Positions 59,096 to 64,000 of a DNA stretch of 64,000 nt are shown one piece after another. A program made the translations under genes and the position numbers. The stretch lies in the NCBI GenBank assembly GCA_046563655.1, contig CM102286.1, forward strand, positions 15,438,001 through 15,502,000, in the 5' to 3' direction. This DNA is from Yuukianura sp. NJ FZ-2021 (lineage: Eukaryota). The notes under the pieces are model-generated. The model was not told the DNA's origin. It worked only from the letters and a program-made list of their open reading frames with translations, and ran no database searches. Position 1 is the first letter of the stretch. Each line of letters starts with the position of its first letter.

Positions 59096-60093
59096 ATGAG
59101 CATTTACTTGATTTGTCTAGGCGTCATTGCCTTCTGCGTCCTACAAGCAGCAACTTCCCACACTGCTGCTGATCCTGAGCAACACGCCGTGGTGGAGGGT
59201 GAACACCACTCTCCGCACGGTGGTAACGGTCATCACGGTGGTAACGGTCATCACGATGGCAACGGTCACCACGGCAGCAACGGTCGCCATGGTGGTTACA
59301 AACGTGGCCATCATAAAGGCAACCGAGACGGATCGGATGAGGAGCATGACGACGAACATAAAAAAAAGAAGAGCTGTACATGCCTAGAAACCAAGGAAAG
59401 CGACTCTGAAAGCCAAGAAGAGGACAGAGTGAGGAGATTTGTGCTGCGACAGCATGGGCACAGGCGACGTCCCTTCCAGCTTTACCACCGTCGTCGTCCC
59501 CAACACGGACATGAGCACGAACGTCACCATAAGTGCGCATGCCCAGAACCTCGGCTGGAAAAGGAGCAGGCGGAAGTGAAGAAAGTGGAGAAAGAAGCCA
59601 AACTAGACGCTGATTCTTCATCCAGCAGCGAAAGTGACGACAGTTCGAGTTCATCCGAAAGCAGTAGCGACGAAAGCGGGAATTCCAAGAACAAGTGTTC
59701 TGGCAGCGACAGTGACGAAAGCAGTAGCAGCGAGGAGGGTGACAAAAGCATTGAATCAAAAGCCCACAAGAAAGGTGACGCTGAACACGAGAAAAAAGCT
59801 GACGCTGAAGCTGAGGAAAAAGCTTGCACCGTTGCAGAGAAAAACGCTGATGCTGATGCTCAGAAAAAAGGTGACACTGAAACTGAGAAAAAGGAGACGC
59901 TGAAGCTGAGAAAATAGCTGACGCTGAAAAAGCTCCTGAGGCTGAAGCTGACAAGGAACCTGCTGAAGGAGCAGTCGGAGCTCCGCCAGCACATGCCGAT
60001 GCTGCTCCACCACATGCAGATGCTGTTCCACTACATGCCGAACCTGCTCCAGTAGCCAAGGAAGTTGTCACTACTGATGTGAAAGAGGTTTAA
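59096..60093 (+). CDS. Secreted His/Gly-rich, Ser/acidic low-complexity protein (single exon; 1-nt frameshift at ~59890)
   Basis: Signal-peptide-like MSIYLICLGVIAFCVLQA; (HGGNGH)n repeats; KKxDAE repeats continue in another frame after the A-run at ~59888 to TAA at 60091-93. Confidence 0.7.
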
Positions 60094-60958
60094 ATTAACA
60101 TTAAAAAAAATTTTCACAAATTACCACTGATATTTTGTGCGTGTATTGAATTTTATTGGATTGAATTAATTGAAAATACTGAACATGATACGGTCAAAAT
60201 TGTAGATTTTCTATGCGAAACTTCAAATTCTATTGATCAATTAAACTGTTTTCTAAAAACTATGCTGGAAAAGGGAAAACTATCTTCAAATTCCCACAAA
60301 TTTAATGTTTATACGTTACTTTCTCATACCCTTACACTTGTTTTGAATCATCACGTTAGGTTTGACCAAGGCTCCTGGTTGACCCTTATGGCTGCTGTTT
60401 GACCTCATGTCTAACTGCGTCCTCGCTTCTTGGCTTGACGTCGACGTGGCCGTCAGTGGGCTTCTCCTTCTTGACTTTCTTGATTTGTCTGTCCCTGGCA
60501 AAGTTGCGTTTAACCCTCTTCTTACGGCTGAATTCAGCCACAGTACTGCCAGCATCTTCAAAGGCATCTCTGGCCTTGCGCTTCCCCTCCTCACTCCTGG
60601 ATCTTTCTGTTCCCAATTTAAAATACCGATTCCAGAACTTGTCGTCAAACGGGTACATCCAGAATCCGATTCTGCAATGTTGATCAAATGTTTGTTGTGG
60701 ATGTTTGTGTGAATTTTTGTTATTTAACGGAATTTTGACCGGTTTCTTGCCGAACCATTCCAGGGTCATATTCTTGAGCCCTGTCAAATGCTCAATGCCA
60801 TATTCCCGTCTCTGCAGAATGTCATCATCGATGGTCAACTCTGCCCATATGGGAAGTTCAATTAATTTGTCACGAATGAATTCCTCAAAAACGTCTTGGT
60901 TTTGAGCGTTTTTTAATTCCAGGAGTTTAGTGAGACTGTAGTCGTCTTCGATTAGTGG

Positions 60959-61302
60959 CAAAGAAAAAAGCATCCTAGTTGAAGCGACAAAGGGTAAGAA
61001 ACACTGTTAATGAAAACTTTCTCTTCCCCCCTCTCCCTCCCCGCGATTTGGAGGAATGGAATTTGAGTTCTTGGGTGGTCGCTGGTATAGCTTAGGCGTA
61101 ATGTGGAGTGATTTTGCTTCCCGCCGTCACCTGATATATGGTGATATACGGAGGCCGATTCTGACGCTTCGATTGGCTGTTGAGGCCGATTCTGACAGCC
61201 TGATTGGTTCTATATCTAAACCTACTTATAAAAACTCTATTACGCGGGAGTACATTACCTTGTCCCTTCAACCTGCGTAGCAGGCCGATGCTTTCTTCTT
61301 TG
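60959..61302. mobile_element. Non-autonomous TIR element with 9-bp TSD (MULE-like)
   Basis: TSD GATTAGTGG (60950-58, 61303-11); imperfect TIR CAAAGAA(A/G)AAAGCATC. Confidence 0.8.
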
Positions 61303-62778
61303 GATTAGTGGAAGGTATCGTTGAGAAAACAGCATCTACCAGCATCCCTTTGAAGTCAAACGCGGTTTTCAAGTGTAGTGCTTCCAGGGGAGAATTGGCC
61401 ATGCCATCAAAAAAGTATCGAAGACATTTCGCAGTTGGGTACTTCATGGTGAGTCGTTTCAAGGCGGGAAACATTTACGAATGTTAAGCATAAAGAATTG
61501 GTCTTTAATGAAATCAGTTTGACGGAGGTCACGAACGAACTTGAATTTGTGAAATTCGGAGTTAAAGGCTTAGGGCGACGTTGGGATTTGCATTGTCACT
61601 GTCCAGTTGCTGCGAATATGAAGAGTCGTTAACTTCGGGAACATGGATCGCTGGATCCTGTCGATATGAATTGAGGTTCCGAGAAACAAAGTTTTCACAG
61701 TTGGAATTGGAGAAAATGAAATTTCTATTTCAGTCGTTCCTATTTTGTCCAAGGAAATGACCTGGCCATCTTGTACATTTTGTATACCATGTCCCCCGGC
61801 TGAGTTGTCGTCGCTGTAACTACCGCTGTCGTATTCATAGTCGTCAGATTCGACGAATCCTTCAGTTTCTTAGACTTCATACACGCTTCCATTTCCTATG
61901 TGAAAACTCCTCAGTTGTGCCATCTTCGGGACATAAAATTTGACTTGGTTGTAGGCCATGTCCACTCCTTTCCAGTTTCCGGAAATCGTGAAGTGTCGGA
62001 GAGTTGAAGCAAATTTTGACAAGTGCGATGTCAGACACATTGCCTTCACCTCCTCCCATATCCCGCAGTTTAATTTTAAACTTGCTAATGCTGCAAGATG
62101 CAAATGGGCAATTGACTGGATTTGTTTCCGATGCAGTGCAAGTTCTTCTTCGTCGTCATCATCGTTCGACTCGATTTTCTGAATACTCAAAAGTTTCAGA
62201 TTTTACAATTTCGGAGAAGAATTGATTCCATTGAGGAGCTGGTCGACTTCTTGGCGACTTGAATAAATGTAGACCAAATGATTCACCGTTTTCGGCAGGC
62301 TAGCCAACAAGCAACTGAGGTTTGTTGCTTTCTTTAGAAAATTATTGGTTCCGTTAAGCACAACTTTCACAAGCTTCGTACGTGCAGGGAAAGTGAATTT
62401 TGAGCTAGCGTTCTCCTCCGCTTCCTCTTCTTGGTCACGTGACTCTGGAATCACTAAGACCTCCAATTCCTTCAGGCGGGTCGCAATCTCCTTCAAGATT
62501 TGCCAGTTGCTTGCTTCTACGTTGATTGTCTTGATTTTTTGTCGATTAGCACCGCAGCTTATAAATCGGGGCAGGTGAATCGGTCTCGATCCAGGAAAAC
62601 GAACTTTAGTGACCTTGGAGCCAAGTTTTCGGTTACGATTTCCGTTGAAAAACGAAGTAAGGCTGCGAATGACTTTGACCGAGCCCTTCTGTTCCGCTTT
62701 CGCTTTTTCCTTTCGTTCACCGTCTTCGTCATCACTATCCTGTAAGTAACAGAACATTTCATTTTCCACAATCAGCTG

Positions 62779-62802
62779 ACCTAACCTAACCTAACCTAAC
62801 CT
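62779..62802. repeat. Interstitial (CCTAA)n/(TTAGG)n telomere-type repeat, the longest of many short copies in the window
   Basis: ACCTAACCTAACCTAACCTAACCT; shorter copies at ~1266, 6443, 9245, 20021, 22474, 33595, 48038, 58822. Confidence 0.8.
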
Positions 62803-64000
62803 GTCAAATACAAGCGTTGTATTGCATTAGTTTTTCCTACCTTACGCATATATTGTACATATTGATATTACCTCAGGCGAAATTGTTTTCGTTATAGAGC
62901 TGCGGGTGAAACGTCGCGGTCCAGTGTGTACCGAGGTGCGGGAATCCTGCTGCGATGGACCCTGGTCACGGCCGGGTTCATCAGCATCGCCAGACAAGTC
63001 TACAGCTTCTACAACGGTTTCCGGTTTTTGTTCCTGCTCCAGTAGTACAACGTCGTCGTCATCGCTGGTATCTGCTTGGCGAACGTTGTCAGTATACGAA
63101 GACGTCCCCGCTGCCGGTCGTGCCATTGTGCTGAATGCTGATGGAACGGAAGCTCTAGTAACAGGAAGTCGGTGTTCCAACAAAAACAAACAAAAGCGGC
63201 ATGGTAGAAAATGCAAAGCAAAGGCAATTGCAATAATCTGGGGTTACAAAATTTCATGAGTCGGAGGGCCAATTGCCATTTCATGTTTCATATTGTCAAT
63301 TTTTATCCCCATTAACTGTTCAAGTTTTGCATTTCTCGAATGGCATAGTTTTCTACTTTATACACGTCGTAACTTGCAGGGTCAGGAACTTACGACATTG
63401 TGACTGACGTTTCAAGTTTATGACTGGCGTTTTATTAACGCTTTATGACTTTTTTATTTTAACTAAAAAGGAATTTTGAGTTTTTGAAAAAAGGGAAAAA
63501 GTAGTGTAATAAGATCAAGAATAAACACGAATACAGGACTACGAGAAATCGTTCTCGATCAATGAAATTCAGAGTACTTTAAGTGTGCCAATTAACCAAT
63601 TGATTACTTTTAATGAAAACTTAATTCAATTTTGTGCTTCCCGTGCAAATATTGTACTTACAATGAAACTAATTGATTGAATTTAATTGAAAATTGAACA
63701 TGTCAAGGTCAACATTGCCAATTTATTCGAACCTCCAAATCCTATCGACCAATTAAACTTTTTCTAAAAACTAAGGTCGAAACTATGTTCACATTAAGAC
63801 AACTTTAAAATTTTACGATTACGGTAGTATTCTTTCCAGTTGGCCAGAGAAGTTGCATACAGCATCTTTAGGTGCATCCACTTCAGGGTGAAACTCAGCA
63901 CAAAGTTTACAACCAAAAACATCTAAAAAGTCTAAATTTTTCTAAATCGGATCTAAAATTTCAAACTACAGAATAAATTTTAAGGCCATTTTCTATGTTC

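Larger units (their letters stand above)
60386..63126 (-). pseudogene. Poly-SIM/LRR-like gene copy D (most complete; stop codon, frameshifts, MITE)
   Basis: ATG 63126 MARPAAG; exon 1 has DDDDVVLLE, EAVDLSGD, PEVISI; intron ~62743-62845; LRR-like exon; premature TAA ~61870. Confidence 0.78.

Noticed and set aside
59124..60071. 315-aa minus-strand ORF
   Set aside because: Antisense shadow of the low-complexity + strand secreted gene

Overview
Eukaryotic, AT-rich DNA from an arthropod-like genome: short GT-AG introns, scattered TTAGG/CCTAA telomere-type motifs, and Drosophila-style Inr+DPE core promoters. Positions 1-48 kb hold a compact cluster of about 20 small, divergent, mostly intron-containing genes, all on the + strand. 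It includes three Tudor-like-domain proteins, heptad-repeat coiled coils, a four-member orphan family with an AGG(K/L)(Y/F) motif, a PC4/Sub1-domain protein, a DEDDh (REXO4/ISG20-like) exonuclease, two stand-alone ENOX C-terminal-domain proteins, a putatively myristoylated Ig/DBB-like protein, an F-box/LRR gene, and a Pol-less BEL/Pao gag-protease gene with a duplicated capsid domain. Promoter cassettes and exons appear to have been duplicated and shuffled among these genes. Mobile DNA includes a Helenus-type TRIM whose apparently identical LTRs each carry a tRNA-like Pol III unit, a foldback element with a 6-bp TSD inside a satellite, several MITEs (hAT-, Harbinger-, P- and MULE-like) and a pogo-like relic. 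Positions 49.8-63.1 kb hold a minus-strand tandem array of four disrupted poly-SIM/LRR-like genes around a secreted His-rich gene. All domain calls come from motif recognition by eye, not database searches, and exon boundaries are manual estimates.
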